From NCBI GenBank assembly GCA_038227875.1, contig JBBRPR010000001.1, positions 128,001 to 192,000 of the forward strand: DNA of 64,000 nucleotides. The letters run 5' to 3'. The position numbers were made by a program, and so were the translations under genes. The stretch is from Planctomycetota bacterium. GTDB lineage: Bacteria > Planctomycetota > SZUA-567 > H5-PLA8. This document shows positions 23,396 to 33,856 of this stretch, in pieces. Within the stretch, counting starts at the first letter, position 1. Every line of letters starts with the position of its first letter. The notes beneath the pieces were generated by a model that had not been told where the DNA came from, ran no database searches, and was given only the letters and a program-made list of their open reading frames with translations.

Positions 23396-25696
23396 TTACC
23401 ACTTTTGGTCCGCCCTGTCGTCTTGTTTACCTTTTCCGCCTGTTTTGAAATTCTGAATGGCGGCCTTCAGCCGCGCCGCGACGTCCGGATAGTCTTTGAT
23501 GATCTTGGGATCGTCGTTCCACTTTTCAAACTTGGAGAGTAGGCGTGTCTTTATCGTTTGCGCCATTTCGCGAGCGGCGTCTGCGCGTGCCTTGTTTCCA
23601 GAGGTAACTTCCGTCGTGAGTGCTTGGGTTTCTTCCTCCAGCCACCAGGCAAAAAATGTGGCAAACCAGTCCGGTTTCTGTGTTGCAACGGGGAACGGGA
23701 AATTCTTGACAATTACGTTGTCCGAAGAGCGCATCCGGACAATGGCCATGACGCCATGTTCCTGAATTGTCCTGCTCATCGGATACTCCAGCGCCACGTT
23801 CTCGAGGATTAGAAGTTCGGCGTCACGCAGCTTCATACGCTCGGCGGCGACGATCATTCTCAGATGATCCAAAGACGTGGGCAGCGGCGGAATCTTTCCT
23901 TCCGTGATTTCAACCAAGCGCTTGGCCTCTTCCGCATTATGCGTGTCATTGGCGACGGGTTCTTCCAGCAGTTTCAACACGGCCGGCGCAGCCGCTACGC
24001 CAGCATGCGCAAAATCCTGGAGCTGTTTTTCATGTTCCGGCGTGTTGAGGCTTCCGTATTCGCCGCGTTCCCAATTCTTGAAATTGACGTAGGCGAGATA
24101 CGCCGCGCTGAAGCGTTTTGCGAGTTGCTCCGCGCGGGAATCGCCGAACTTGATGCGCAGCACGGGCATCGTTTTGGGCGTTCCGCTGAACAGGGCCGGC
24201 CGCGTCGTTCGCTGTTCCAGTGGCGGAAATCCAAGGCCTTCCCCCTTGATTCCAAAGGCCCACAGCCATGGATCCTGTTTGGCTTCGCCGTTCCACAGGC
24301 TCCGCCAGAAGAGCAAGGACTCGGTATCTCCGCTCAAGTCATCGAGCAGCCTGAACGACTGTTCCACGCGCTTCAACTCGTTGGCGCGGGGATCGGCACG
24401 CACGGCGGCGCGGGCTGCGTTTCCACCGCGGAGCAGTGCCACCAGCGCCTCATCAGCGGCCTGCTCATCTTTCGCCGTGAGGAACGTTGCAATGGCGTCG
24501 TCGAACTTGCCTTTCGGGTCGCTCTTGTGCTTTTCGCGCCACCAGTTTTGTACCTGGGCGATGTCGTCCTTCGACGGATATCCAGACAGGAGCGGAAAAC
24601 CCTTTTCAGTATGACCGCCCAGATGCCAGAGCGCGCCGATGGCATTGGCTTGAATGGTGGGACTGGCAAAATACCCGTTCGTAAATCGCAGAATCAGCGG
24701 CTCCGCTTCGTGCCGGTGCAGCGCCACGGCAGCGACCATCATGCGCAGGTGATCTTCGGGATAAGTGCCCTTCGATCCCGCGAACCTTGGAAAGCTCATT
24801 TCGTGTGACTCTGAAGTGGCGAGAATAGTGAGCACCACCGGCGCTGTCGCGACGCCCTGCTCCGTCAGCGCGTCGAGAAGCGCCTTGAACTTCGGATTGG
24901 GCGGGACGTTCGCCTCTCGGCGACCGTCGCGCTCCCATTTTTGGAAATTGCGCAGCGCAGTGTACGCCGCGCTAAAGCGATTCTTGATCGCAGCGCCGTT
25001 CGACTCGCCGTACTTCGCCACCAGTATGTCGGCCACCAGCGGCGATGGCGGCGCATCCGGCTGGCGGTCTGCGTCGTTAAGGTCCAGACCGACGTTCCAG
25101 ATGTCCTCCTGTACGCTCGCCTCGGCATTCCAGATGGATTGCCAGAACTCCAGCGAATCCGCGTTGCGGAAGTCACCCAACGTATCGACCACGGCATATC
25201 CACGATGCAGGTCCGCGACAGCGCGCTGCAATGCCTCGTCCGTTCCCGGTTGAATGGCATCCACGGCGGCGCGCGTTTTTGCGGCGCGCAGCAAAGCCAC
25301 AAAGGCCTGGTGGCGCTCCGCGGTGGTTCCGGTGCTTAGCTGTGCGATCAAGGGCGACGGATCAGGCTCGTTCTCGATCAGCGAAGGTTTGCCGTCGTCG
25401 CCGGCCGGCGTGTGTTTGACGTTCGCGCGCGGCAGCGTGTCGCGGCCCAGCAGCAAGGCGAAAAGAATCAGCGCCGCGATGCCGGTCAAAGCTTCAATCC
25501 ACCAGCGCCGCCGGATCGGAGGTTCCTGGCTCGTGGTAGCCGTGGCGATGTTGGAAGTCTTCGAGGTATCGTCCGCGGCGAGCCGCGCTTCGAGCTGCTT
25601 CCATTGCCGCTCGGCATCAATCGCTGGGGTCGCGACGGCCGCGACGAGGCGTTCGGGTTCGAGATCGGACGGTGGAAGGATTGCGGGGTCGCTCAT
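23396..25696 (-). CDS. Putative anti-sigma factor, single TM, tandemly duplicated helical domain
   Basis: Overlaps the ECF sigma stop (ATGA); AERQWKQLEARL then TM after RRRWW; two copies of FWxSxWNxEA..RFSAAY..NFxxWER..DHLRM. Confidence 0.7.
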   Translation of the reverse strand: MSDPAILPPSDLEPERLVAAVATPAIDAERQWKQLEARLAADDTSKTSNIATATTSQEPPIRRRWWIEALTGIAALILFALLLGRDTLPRANVKHTPAGDDGKPSLIENEPDPSPLIAQLSTGTTAERHQAFVALLRAAKTRAAVDAIQPGTDEALQRAVADLHRGYAVVDTLGDFRNADSLEFWQSIWNAEASVQEDIWNVGLDLNDADRQPDAPPSPLVADILVAKYGESNGAAIKNRFSAAYTALRNFQKWERDGRREANVPPNPKFKALLDALTEQGVATAPVVLTILATSESHEMSFPRFAGSKGTYPEDHLRMMVAAVALHRHEAEPLILRFTNGYFASPTIQANAIGALWHLGGHTEKGFPLLSGYPSKDDIAQVQNWWREKHKSDPKGKFDDAIATFLTAKDEQAADEALVALLRGGNAARAAVRADPRANELKRVEQSFRLLDDLSGDTESLLFWRSLWNGEAKQDPWLWAFGIKGEGLGFPPLEQRTTRPALFSGTPKTMPVLRIKFGDSRAEQLAKRFSAAYLAYVNFKNWERGEYGSLNTPEHEKQLQDFAHAGVAAAPAVLKLLEEPVANDTHNAEEAKRLVEITEGKIPPLPTSLDHLRMIVAAERMKLRDAELLILENVALEYPMSRTIQEHGVMAIVRMRSSDNVIVKNFPFPVATQKPDWFATFFAWWLEEETQALTTEVTSGNKARADAAREMAQTIKTRLLSKFEKWNDDPKIIKDYPDVAARLKAAIQNFKTGGKGKQDDRADQKW

Positions 25697-26394
25697 TCGT
25701 TCACCTGTCTTCCTGTTGCGTTGCTTCGCTTCGCGAATTTCTCGCGAAAAGCCATGCGTGCGCGGTAGAGCAGCGAACCGGCCGCGTCTTCGGCAATTCC
25801 TTGCGCTGCTGCAATGTGTTGCAGTGTGTGGCCGTCGCGATAACGATCGAGCAGCGCTTGCTGCTGCCGCGCGGGAAGTTCGGCCAGCACTTGCCCGATC
25901 AGCGCGGCGAGCATGCTGCGGTCCTCCTGCGAGGCCAGTTGCGCCAGCAGGCCTGTGGCATCTTCCGAACGCGCCGCCTGCAGCGCGTGTTCGCGCGCCG
26001 GGGCGCTCAAGTCCTCGAGCGACAGTTCCCGCACCGCGCGGCCCTGCTTGCGGCAGAAATCCATCGCCGTGTTGCGGGCAAGACTGAGCAACCAGCCCTC
26101 AAACGTCTCCGCCGACTTCGCCGCTGCGATATTTTTGAATGCGCGGAAGAACGCTTCGAAGACCAGATCATCAGCGTCCTCCGGCCGGATCCCGCGCACC
26201 CACGCGCGCACCGCGCGGTGGAGCACCTCGGCGTAGCATAAGAAGACGCGGCGGCGCACGGCGTTGTCTCCGGAACGCAACGCCGACCACTCGGCGGCCT
26301 TCAGTTCAAACGAAGCCGCGCTCTGGCGCGAATGATCGCGCGCGCACTTCGCCGTATCCGCGGTGGTCTGTTCACCGTCGACCATGAGTCTCAT
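25693..26394 (-). CDS. ECF RNA polymerase sigma factor
   Basis: DADDLVFEAF, FEGWLLSLARN (region 2); LAELPARQQ, TLQHIA, SLLYRAR (region 4). Start 26394 or 26385. Confidence 0.88.
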   Translation of the reverse strand: MRLMVDGEQTTADTAKCARDHSRQSAASFELKAAEWSALRSGDNAVRRRVFLCYAEVLHRAVRAWVRGIRPEDADDLVFEAFFRAFKNIAAAKSAETFEGWLLSLARNTAMDFCRKQGRAVRELSLEDLSAPAREHALQAARSEDATGLLAQLASQEDRSMLAALIGQVLAELPARQQQALLDRYRDGHTLQHIAAAQGIAEDAAGSLLYRARMAFREKFAKRSNATGRQVNE

Positions 26395-26602
26395 TTCATC
26401 ATAAAGGGTCGTCTTTTGGTGTTGCAGATGACGAAGAAAATGACGCAAATTTTTGCATTGTTGCAATTGCTTGCCGGGAACAGCTGCAAATCTGGCCTGG
26501 ATGCCCCGACATTTCGCCATGCACGTCATTCGACTTTCCGCTGCCCCTCCGGTAAATTACCGCGCGCTAGTTTTGACACGGTTCACTTCAGGAGAAAACC
26601 AC

Positions 26603-27214
26603 ATGCAACGTGCATTATCACTCGTTCTCGTGCTCTGCGGGCTGTTCCTCGCCACGTCGGCGTTCTCGGCTGAGAAAAATCCCGTCGTCGTGATGGAAAC
26701 CTCGCTCGGAAAGATCGAAATCGAGCTCTACCCCGACAAGGCGCCGATCACGGTCAAGAATTTCCTCGGCTACGTGAACGACAAGTTCTATGACGAGACC
26801 GTCTTCCACCGCGTGATGAGCACCTTCATGATCCAGGGCGGCGGCTTCACCAAGGACTTGGCAGAAAAAGCGACGAAGGGCACGATCAAGAATGAGGCCG
26901 ACAACGGCCTGGCCAACGAAATCGGCACCATCGCCATGGCCCGCCTGCCCGAACCGCACACGGCCGGCGCGCAGTTTTTCATCAACGTCGCCAACAATGC
27001 GATGCTCAACCACCAGAACAAAACCGTGCAGGGTTATGGCTACTGCGTTTTCGGCAAGGTCGTCGCCGGCATGGATGTGGTGAACAAGATCAAGGACGTG
27101 GCCACCGGTCACAGCGACGGTAAAGCGCAGACCCCGCAGGGCCTGATCGACATGCCCATGGACGACGTGCCGAAGGAAGCCGTGATCATCAAGTCCGTCC
27201 GCGTGAAAGAGTAA
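26603..27214 (+). CDS. ppiA: Exported cyclophilin-type peptidyl-prolyl isomerase
   Basis: Signal peptide; APITVKNF, FHRV, FMIQGGG, GTIAMAR, QFFIN, YCVFGKV. Confidence 0.9.
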   Translation: MQRALSLVLVLCGLFLATSAFSAEKNPVVVMETSLGKIEIELYPDKAPITVKNFLGYVNDKFYDETVFHRVMSTFMIQGGGFTKDLAEKATKGTIKNEADNGLANEIGTIAMARLPEPHTAGAQFFINVANNAMLNHQNKTVQGYGYCVFGKVVAGMDVVNKIKDVATGHSDGKAQTPQGLIDMPMDDVPKEAVIIKSVRVKE

Positions 27215-27218
27215 CTTC

Positions 27219-27929
27219 GTGACGGAAACTGCCCGGCAAAACTCGAACCCCCATGCCCCCCCTTTTCAAGGGGGGGAGATTCGGCGAGGCGCGTTTCTTG
27301 CGCTGCTTGCGTTTTCGGCGGCGCTGTGTTGTAACTCGCTTTATGCGGAGAACGCCGGCGCGGCGGCGCATCCCAGTGTCAGAATCGAAACCTCGCTGGG
27401 CGATATCGATCTGGAACTCTACGCCGACCAGGCTCCCGAGACCGTGCGTAATTTCCTGGCGTACGTGTCGGAGAAGTTCTACGACGGCACCGTCTTCCAC
27501 CGCGTGGCTCAGGGCATCGTGATCCAGGGCGGCGGGTTTACTCCGGACATGAAAGAAAAGTCACCCAACGCCGCGCGTCCGCCAGTGAAGAACGAAGCCA
27601 CCACGGCGCTCAAGAACACCCGCGGCACCATCTCCATGGCGCGCAGCGCCGATCCGGATTCGGCGACGTGCCAGTTTTTCATCAACACCGGCGACAACGT
27701 GGCGCTCAACCATTTGAACGCGACGCCCCAGGGCATGGGCTACTGCGTTTTCGGCCGCGTGATTGCCGGGCAGGACGTCGTCGACAAAATCAATGCGGTG
27801 GCCGTGGACAAGGGCGAAAAGAAGAGCGAACCCAAGCTCTTTCTGCGCGACGGCAGTGAAGTTCCATCGGCCGAAATCCCCAAGGTTCCCGTGCTGATCA
27901 AATCGATCCGCGAACTCCCCGCCAAGTAA
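27219..27929 (+). CDS. Second exported cyclophilin-type PPIase
   Basis: APETVRNF, FHRV, VIQGGG, GTISMAR, QFFIN, YCVFGRV. Confidence 0.9.
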   Translation: MTETARQNSNPHAPPFQGGEIRRGAFLALLAFSAALCCNSLYAENAGAAAHPSVRIETSLGDIDLELYADQAPETVRNFLAYVSEKFYDGTVFHRVAQGIVIQGGGFTPDMKEKSPNAARPPVKNEATTALKNTRGTISMARSADPDSATCQFFINTGDNVALNHLNATPQGMGYCVFGRVIAGQDVVDKINAVAVDKGEKKSEPKLFLRDGSEVPSAEIPKVPVLIKSIRELPAK

Positions 27930-27951
27930 CGCCAACTCCCGAATACAAACG

Positions 27952-27978
27952 AAGAAGGGGCGAAAATTCGCCCCTTCG
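27952..27978. terminator. Hairpin between convergent genes, likely terminator
   Basis: GAAGGGGCGAA-aa-TTCGCCCCTTC. Confidence 0.6.
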
Positions 27979-28008
27979 GTTCGCACATCCATTTGGAATT
28001 GTCCGGCT

Positions 28009-28629
28009 CTATTCGTCGACGACCGCCGGCTTCTTCGTTTCGGGTTTGTTGGCGGTGTTCTTTTCCTTATCTTTGTCGTCCTTCTTCTCTTCACCGATTC
28101 CCTTGATGCCCAGACCATTGTTCTTGGGCGCTTCCTCGGGTTCCTTCTTTACGGGCTTATCGGCGACCTTGCGCGGTTCCTTGGGTTCGGCGTTCAGGAT
28201 CGCGTCCATGACGTTCAGCAGCATCGCGGACGTCAGGCGGGAGGAATCGTTCTTGTCGAAGGTTTCAACGCGCTTGCGGTCGGAACTCATCACCATCAGC
28301 ACTGCGCCGTTGACTGCGCCGCTGGTCCAGTCGGCCGGCCAGGATTTCTCGTCGGCTTTGACGCGGATGCAGCGGAACTTCTTCGCCTTCGCGGCAACGT
28401 CGGCATTATTCAGAAAGGTCTTTCCCTCGAGCTTAATCGCAAAATGATTGAGCTTCGGTTTGGCGTCATAAATGTAGACGATCATCGGTTGAGTCGACTC
28501 TTTGATCGATTCAAAGGTCGGTGCGTACCAGCCCTTGACCGCTTCGCCTTCGCCCGCGGCCTCGGCGGCGCAGTGCTTGACGATGGTCAGGCTCAGCACA
28601 CATGCAATTGTGGCCAGAATACGTCGCAT
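28009..28629 (-). CDS. Secreted protein, possibly thioredoxin-like fold without CxxC
   Basis: Signal peptide; QPMIVYIYD, FRCIRVKAD, LMVMSSD pattern; Lys/Glu-rich tail. Confidence 0.6.
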   Translation of the reverse strand: MRRILATIACVLSLTIVKHCAAEAAGEGEAVKGWYAPTFESIKESTQPMIVYIYDAKPKLNHFAIKLEGKTFLNNADVAAKAKKFRCIRVKADEKSWPADWTSGAVNGAVLMVMSSDRKRVETFDKNDSSRLTSAMLLNVMDAILNAEPKEPRKVADKPVKKEPEEAPKNNGLGIKGIGEEKKDDKDKEKNTANKPETKKPAVVDE

Positions 28630-28797
28630 GAATTTGTTCCCCCGGTTGCTCGCTCCGGTTCAGAAATGGAGCAAGCGCTTAGTCTCGTGGATTTTTGACA
28701 CGGAAACAAGTTTTATTTTTCAACGACTTTACATTAAAGTTGTCCCGATCTGGGGTCTTCAGCCTGTCCGGTCACTTTTCATTCGCGTTCACGGAGC

Positions 28798-29106
28798 ATG
28801 ACAATGAAAAACGTTACACGTTGGGGTCTCTTGGCGCTGGTTTTGGGGTTTGTTCTAGCGTTATCCGGATCCGCGATGGCGGAAGACATGCCCGCGCCTC
28901 CCAAGGCCGACGCTCCCAAGACAGTCGACTACACCAAATACGCCAATCCGCACCCCGGCAAGTGCCTGGTTTCAGATGAGGCGCTGGACAACGACAACTT
29001 CACCGCCGACTACAAAGGCAAGACCTACGTCTTCTGCTGCAACGGCTGCCGAAAGAAGTTCAATGCGAACCCGGAAAAGTTCATTCCTGCTGACGCCAAA
29101 AAGTAG
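28798..29106 (+). CDS. Secreted YHS-domain protein
   Basis: Signal peptide; CLVSDE...YKGKTYVFCCNGCRKKFNANPEKF. Confidence 0.85.
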   Translation: MTMKNVTRWGLLALVLGFVLALSGSAMAEDMPAPPKADAPKTVDYTKYANPHPGKCLVSDEALDNDNFTADYKGKTYVFCCNGCRKKFNANPEKFIPADAKK

Positions 29107-29174
29107 CGCCGCATTCAACGAAATCCCCGGATCAAGCGCTGAAACGCCGTGCACGAACGGCGTTGAGCGGAGTT

Positions 29175-30671
29175 CTATCCGTTTTGCTTGCCATCCAGCG
29201 TCTGCCGCACCTTCGTGGCCAGCGCCAGCGGAGTGATCGGCTTCTGCAGTATCACCGTCTGCGCCTGCACCCCGAAATCCTTGAGGTTCGGGCTGCTGTA
29301 GCCGGAGATATATATAATCGGGATGTTCTTCACGATCTCGCGGAGTTGCTTGACCAGCGAGAAGCCGTCGAGCTTCGGCAGCATCACGTCCGTGAGCACC
29401 AGGTTGATCGTACTGGCATGGCGCTGCGCCATCAAAATCGCATCGTCGGCATCCTTGGCGCTGAGCACCGTGTAGCCGCAGGACGTCAGCACGTCATGGA
29501 CGAAGTCGCGCACGCCGTGTTCGTCATCCACCGCCAGGATCGTTTCCGTGCCACCCGGCAGCGGCGAGATGCCCGTGCTGGTTTTCTGTTTCGGCGGCTG
29601 CTGCACGGCGGGAAATCGCACATTAAATGTCGTGCCGACGCCGGGTGTGCTCGCTACCGTGATCGTGCCCTGGTTCTTGCTCACAATGTCCTGAACCGTC
29701 GCCAGCCCCAGTCCGGTGCCCTTGCCCGGAGCCTTGGTAGTGAAGAACGGTTCGAAAATGCGCGCTTTAATGTCCGGGGACATTCCGACGCCGGTGTCGA
29801 TCACGCCCAGCACCACGGCGTCGTTCTCGTCGCGGGTTTCAAAGATCAACTTTCCGCCGCTGGCCATCGCGTCGCGCGCGTTGACGGCCAGGTTCAGCAG
29901 GATCTGTTCGATCTGATTGGCGTCGGCCTTGATGCACTGCAGACTCGGCGCAAGGTTTAACGAGAGCTCGATATTCTGTCCCAGCACTCGGCGTAGAATC
30001 ACGCTGAGGTTGCGGACGATCACGTTTACATCCAGCACCGTCGGATTGACTTTTTGCCTGCGGCTGGTCGCCAGCAGCCGCTTGGTCAGCAGCGTCGCGT
30101 GTTCGCCGGCATGGCGTATGGCCTCCAGTCGCTTGCGCATCGGATGCTGCGGCGGCAGTTCGTTGAGCGTGAGATCGGTGTAGCCAAGGATCACGGTCAT
30201 CACGTTGTTGAAGTCGTGGGCGATACCGCCGGCGAGCAGACCGACGGCGTCCATTTTTTGCGCCTGCAACAGTCGCTCCTCGGCGTGCCGGCGTTCCGAA
30301 ATGTCGCGCTGGATGGCGAGGTAATGGGTGACGTGGCCATCTTCAGCCTTAATCGGTTCGATGTGCCACTCGTTGATGAACTCCTTCCCATCCTTGCGGT
30401 AGTTGACCCCTTCGCCACGGAAAATGCGGCCGTTTTTTAGATCGCTTTTCAACTGATCCAGTACCGTGCGATCGGTCCTGGGGCCCTGCAGCAATTTGGG
30501 ATTTCGGCCGAGGACTTCTTCGGCCTCATAACCGGTCATGCGGGTGAAGGCAGGGTTGACGTAAACGATGCGGGGGTCATCGAGATTGGCGTCGGTTATT
30601 ACCACTGAATCATCAGCAAACGAAACAGCTGCGGCAAGAATTTCCGGATCGAATTGCTGCCCCTTGATCAT
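29175..30671 (-). CDS. Hybrid sensor histidine kinase with LOV-like PAS domain and receiver
   Basis: [36 protein letters not shown]-box; [25 protein letters not shown]; receiver VDDE, LTDVMLP, LQKP. Confidence 0.92.
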   Translation of the reverse strand: MIKGQQFDPEILAAAVSFADDSVVITDANLDDPRIVYVNPAFTRMTGYEAEEVLGRNPKLLQGPRTDRTVLDQLKSDLKNGRIFRGEGVNYRKDGKEFINEWHIEPIKAEDGHVTHYLAIQRDISERRHAEERLLQAQKMDAVGLLAGGIAHDFNNVMTVILGYTDLTLNELPPQHPMRKRLEAIRHAGEHATLLTKRLLATSRRQKVNPTVLDVNVIVRNLSVILRRVLGQNIELSLNLAPSLQCIKADANQIEQILLNLAVNARDAMASGGKLIFETRDENDAVVLGVIDTGVGMSPDIKARIFEPFFTTKAPGKGTGLGLATVQDIVSKNQGTITVASTPGVGTTFNVRFPAVQQPPKQKTSTGISPLPGGTETILAVDDEHGVRDFVHDVLTSCGYTVLSAKDADDAILMAQRHASTINLVLTDVMLPKLDGFSLVKQLREIVKNIPIIYISGYSSPNLKDFGVQAQTVILQKPITPLALATKVRQTLDGKQNG

Positions 30672-30948
30672 CGTCCGGCTCCAAGTGTCGATAAGCGTCG
30701 AACTAAATGGCGTTGCAAACTTCGGACCACCAAGGACAGATACTACCACCAGAAAGAGTTGCTGGCAGCAGTAAAGGTTTACAGTTGTAGGCTACGCTGT
30801 GAATCGGCGCCGGAAGCACGCTAGATGATACTTAAGTAGCCAGTGTTCGAATTTCCTTCAAGACAAGAGGTGACCTTTGTGAATTTTAGTGTTAAATATA
30901 CACGAAGGTGTGCTTATCGAACGGCACCCTCCGTGGAGCTTGGCACAC

Positions 30949-32013
30949 GTGACGGCGACTTCACTCTCATCAACCTTATCTGGAGCCCTTTTGGGCGCCG
31001 CTGTGGGCGATGCCATCGGGCTGCCACGCGAGGGACTTTCGCGCCTCCGGGCGGTGCATCTGTTCGGAGCGCCGCCGTTGAAGCATTGTTTCTTCTTTCG
31101 TCGCGGCATGGGCAGCGACGATACCGAACACGCCTTGATGACCGCCTGCGCGCTGTTGGAGTCGCGCTTGGCATTGGATGGTTTTGCGAAGCGGCTTGCC
31201 TGGCGGCTGCGATTCTGGTTGATGCGTTGCCCCGCCGGCGTCGGCTTGGCGACGTTGCGGGCGGCGGCAAAACTCTGGCTGGGATTCGGACCGGAACACA
31301 GCGGCGTCTACTCTGCGGGCAACGGTCCCGCAATGCGCTCGCACGTATTGGGTGTTTTCTTTTCAGACGACATGAAACTGCTAAAGGAGTCCGTACGAAT
31401 TTCCACGCGGCTCACGCATACTGACCCGCGCGCCGAAGAGGGCGCGCTCGCCATCGCCATTGCCGCCGCGCATGCCACTCGTCAGGGTGTTCACGTCGAC
31501 CCGGAATTCGTTCTTGGTGAGATTGCGGACAATATCTCCGGCGAGGAATTGCATGAACATCTTCGCGTCGTCAAAACCGCGCTCACTGAGAACCTTAGCG
31601 TGTTTGAATTCGCTGATCGTATGGGCTGGCAACGGGGCATCTCAGGATACATCAATCACACCGTCCCGTTCTGCGTGTTCGCCTGGCTGCGCCATCGGGA
31701 TTCGTTCAGAGATTGTGTTGAAAGCGCCATTTGCTGCGGTGGCGATTCCGACACCGTGGGATCGATAGTTGGAGCGCTCAGTGGTGCCACCCTGGGCAAA
31801 GACGCGATCCCAGCGGAGTGGCTTTCAGGCCTGATGGAATGGCCTCAATCAGTCGCATGGATCGAAGCACTCGCGGCAGGCGTTCACGCTGATCCAGATC
31901 AATCGAAGGCTCTGCCGCCACTCTTCTGGCCGGCCTATATTGTCCGTCAACCCCTGTTTATGGCCATCGTGCTGGCGCACGGGCTGCGTCGGATGTTTCC
32001 ACCGTGGACCTGA
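30949..32013 (+). CDS. ADP-ribosylglycohydrolase (DraG family)
   Basis: GAAVGDAIG, SDDTE, SAGNGPAMR, LTH, GGDSDTVG. Confidence 0.9.
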   Translation: MTATSLSSTLSGALLGAAVGDAIGLPREGLSRLRAVHLFGAPPLKHCFFFRRGMGSDDTEHALMTACALLESRLALDGFAKRLAWRLRFWLMRCPAGVGLATLRAAAKLWLGFGPEHSGVYSAGNGPAMRSHVLGVFFSDDMKLLKESVRISTRLTHTDPRAEEGALAIAIAAAHATRQGVHVDPEFVLGEIADNISGEELHEHLRVVKTALTENLSVFEFADRMGWQRGISGYINHTVPFCVFAWLRHRDSFRDCVESAICCGGDSDTVGSIVGALSGATLGKDAIPAEWLSGLMEWPQSVAWIEALAAGVHADPDQSKALPPLFWPAYIVRQPLFMAIVLAHGLRRMFPPWT

Positions 32014-32018
32014 ACGCG

Positions 32019-32483
32019 TTACCCCTCGCGCGGCGTTTCCGCTTCTTTCTCGATCAGAATCGTCACCGGTCCATCGTTGAGCAGCCGGACTTTCATGTCG
32101 GCGGCAAACTGGCCTTCTTGAATCTTCAGGCCGCAAAGTCCGCGAAAATTCGCGACCCATTTCGCGTAAAATTCCCGCGCGGCCTCGCCGGGCATGCTGT
32201 CGCTGAACCCCGGCCGCGTGCCCTGCTTCAAGTCCCCATACAAGGTGAATTGCGAGACGAGCAGGATCTCGCCGCGGATGTCGACGACGGATTTGTTCAT
32301 CTTGCCGGCTTCGTCGTTGAATATCCGCGCAGCGAGGATCTTCCGGATCATCCAATCGCCTTCTCCCGGCGTGTCGGTTTTGCGAAAGCCAATCAAGACC
32401 AGCAGCCCGGCGCCGATCTCCCCGGTGATCTGGCCGTCGACGGTAACGCTGGCAGAAGTAACTCGTTGCAGTAAAGCGCGCAT
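32019..32483 (-). CDS. dtd: D-aminoacyl-tRNA deacylase
   Basis: MRALLQRV, SQFTL, NDGPVT. Confidence 0.96.
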   Translation of the reverse strand: MRALLQRVTSASVTVDGQITGEIGAGLLVLIGFRKTDTPGEGDWMIRKILAARIFNDEAGKMNKSVVDIRGEILLVSQFTLYGDLKQGTRPGFSDSMPGEAAREFYAKWVANFRGLCGLKIQEGQFAADMKVRLLNDGPVTILIEKEAETPREG

Positions 32484-32647
32484 TCGTGCGTCCTTGAAGG
32501 TGTCGTGTCCGGAATTGTCACAGGAACTCTGCTGATTCTCCCTTAGTGACAGGTATCCCTAAGGGAAAAGTTGAATTTACCGACCGGCCAGGCGAAACGA
32601 AAGGCGGATTGTCTGTGGCTCAGGTTTCAGATATACGAAGTAGCAGC

Positions 32648-33856
32648 ATGAATGGAAACAGTATCCGCTGGATCGCGATTGCCTTTGCGCTGGGTCTGTG
32701 CGCAGCCTACGCCCTATGGGGCAACAATTCCGGCACGCCGGTACCGCAGCCAGGGGTCGTGAATTCCGGCGTCGCGATCAACACCGGCGCGAACACCACT
32801 GCTACAACCGCTACGAACACCCCCCTGAACGGCAAACCGCCGCCCCTGCTTCCCTCGGTGAATCCCGCCGATGACCCGAGCATGGCCAGCGTCGGTTCGC
32901 GCTACATTAGATTTGAACCCGACTCGCTCGACTTCGGCGACGTCCGCGTCGGCGAAAAGAAAGAACTGACGGTCAACATCGTCAATATCTCCAACAAGAC
33001 CGTGCATCTGATCTACGCACGCGGGTCCTGCACCTGCATGAAGCCGGAACTTCCCGTGCAGGACCTGGCGCCCGGCAAAAGCACTCCGTTTAAAGTGTCG
33101 TTCAGCGGCCTTCCCGGCAAGCGCCCGGAGTCTTACCATATCGAAGTTGGACTCTCGGAAGCCGACATGCCGGCGTTCGTTGACGTGAAGGGCAAGGTGG
33201 TCCAACTCTTCTCGGTCGATCCCGAAAAGCTCGTCTTCGGCAGAATGAAGAAAGGTTCCACCAAGTCGATCGTCGCCACGATCAAAAAGCTGGACGGCCA
33301 GCCCTTCACGATCTTGAACGCCGTCGCGACGCAAAAGGACATCGACCTGACCATGCCCGTCGAAGTTCCGGGCAGCAACAAAAGCGCCTACCAACTCACG
33401 GTGTCGATCAAGGCCTTCCGCGCCACGCGCTTGTTCGAGCAGCTTTCAGTACTGACCGATGCGATGTCCGATAAAATGGCCGCGACCGTTCCCCTGCTGG
33501 TCTATGCCGAAATCGATGGCGACGCTGTCTGTCTCGACGAAAATCTGACCACGACTTTCGACAACAAGGGCAACCTGCAGCCCTTCCAGACCACGATCAA
33601 GCGCCTCACGCCGGGCCCCTTGATCATCGAGTCCGTCGCCGACAGCGAGGGCGGCGCCATGACGTTTACCACCGAAACGGTCGACGCCTCTTCGGTCAAA
33701 GTCAGCTTGACGATGAACACCGAACTGCGCCACAAGAAACCCTTCGGCGAACTGCGCATCAAGACCAACGTCGAAACCGAACCCATCCACGTCCCCTACT
33801 CGCTGCCCCGCAAACCGAGCGTGGGGCCGGGCACCACGGGACTCGGGGGCCAGTGA
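32648..33856 (+). CDS. Membrane-anchored DUF1573 / Ig-like repeat protein
   Basis: N-terminal TM; LDFGDV, GSCTC, LAPGKS; further Ig-like repeats. Confidence 0.8.
   Translation: MNGNSIRWIAIAFALGLCAAYALWGNNSGTPVPQPGVVNSGVAINTGANTTATTATNTPLNGKPPPLLPSVNPADDPSMASVGSRYIRFEPDSLDFGDVRVGEKKELTVNIVNISNKTVHLIYARGSCTCMKPELPVQDLAPGKSTPFKVSFSGLPGKRPESYHIEVGLSEADMPAFVDVKGKVVQLFSVDPEKLVFGRMKKGSTKSIVATIKKLDGQPFTILNAVATQKDIDLTMPVEVPGSNKSAYQLTVSIKAFRATRLFEQLSVLTDAMSDKMAATVPLLVYAEIDGDAVCLDENLTTTFDNKGNLQPFQTTIKRLTPGPLIIESVADSEGGAMTFTTETVDASSVKVSLTMNTELRHKKPFGELRIKTNVETEPIHVPYSLPRKPSVGPGTTGLGGQ

Noticed and set aside
30949..32013. DraT/DraG nitrogenase control or toxin-antitoxin pair
   Set aside because: No ADP-ribosyltransferase or nif gene in the window.
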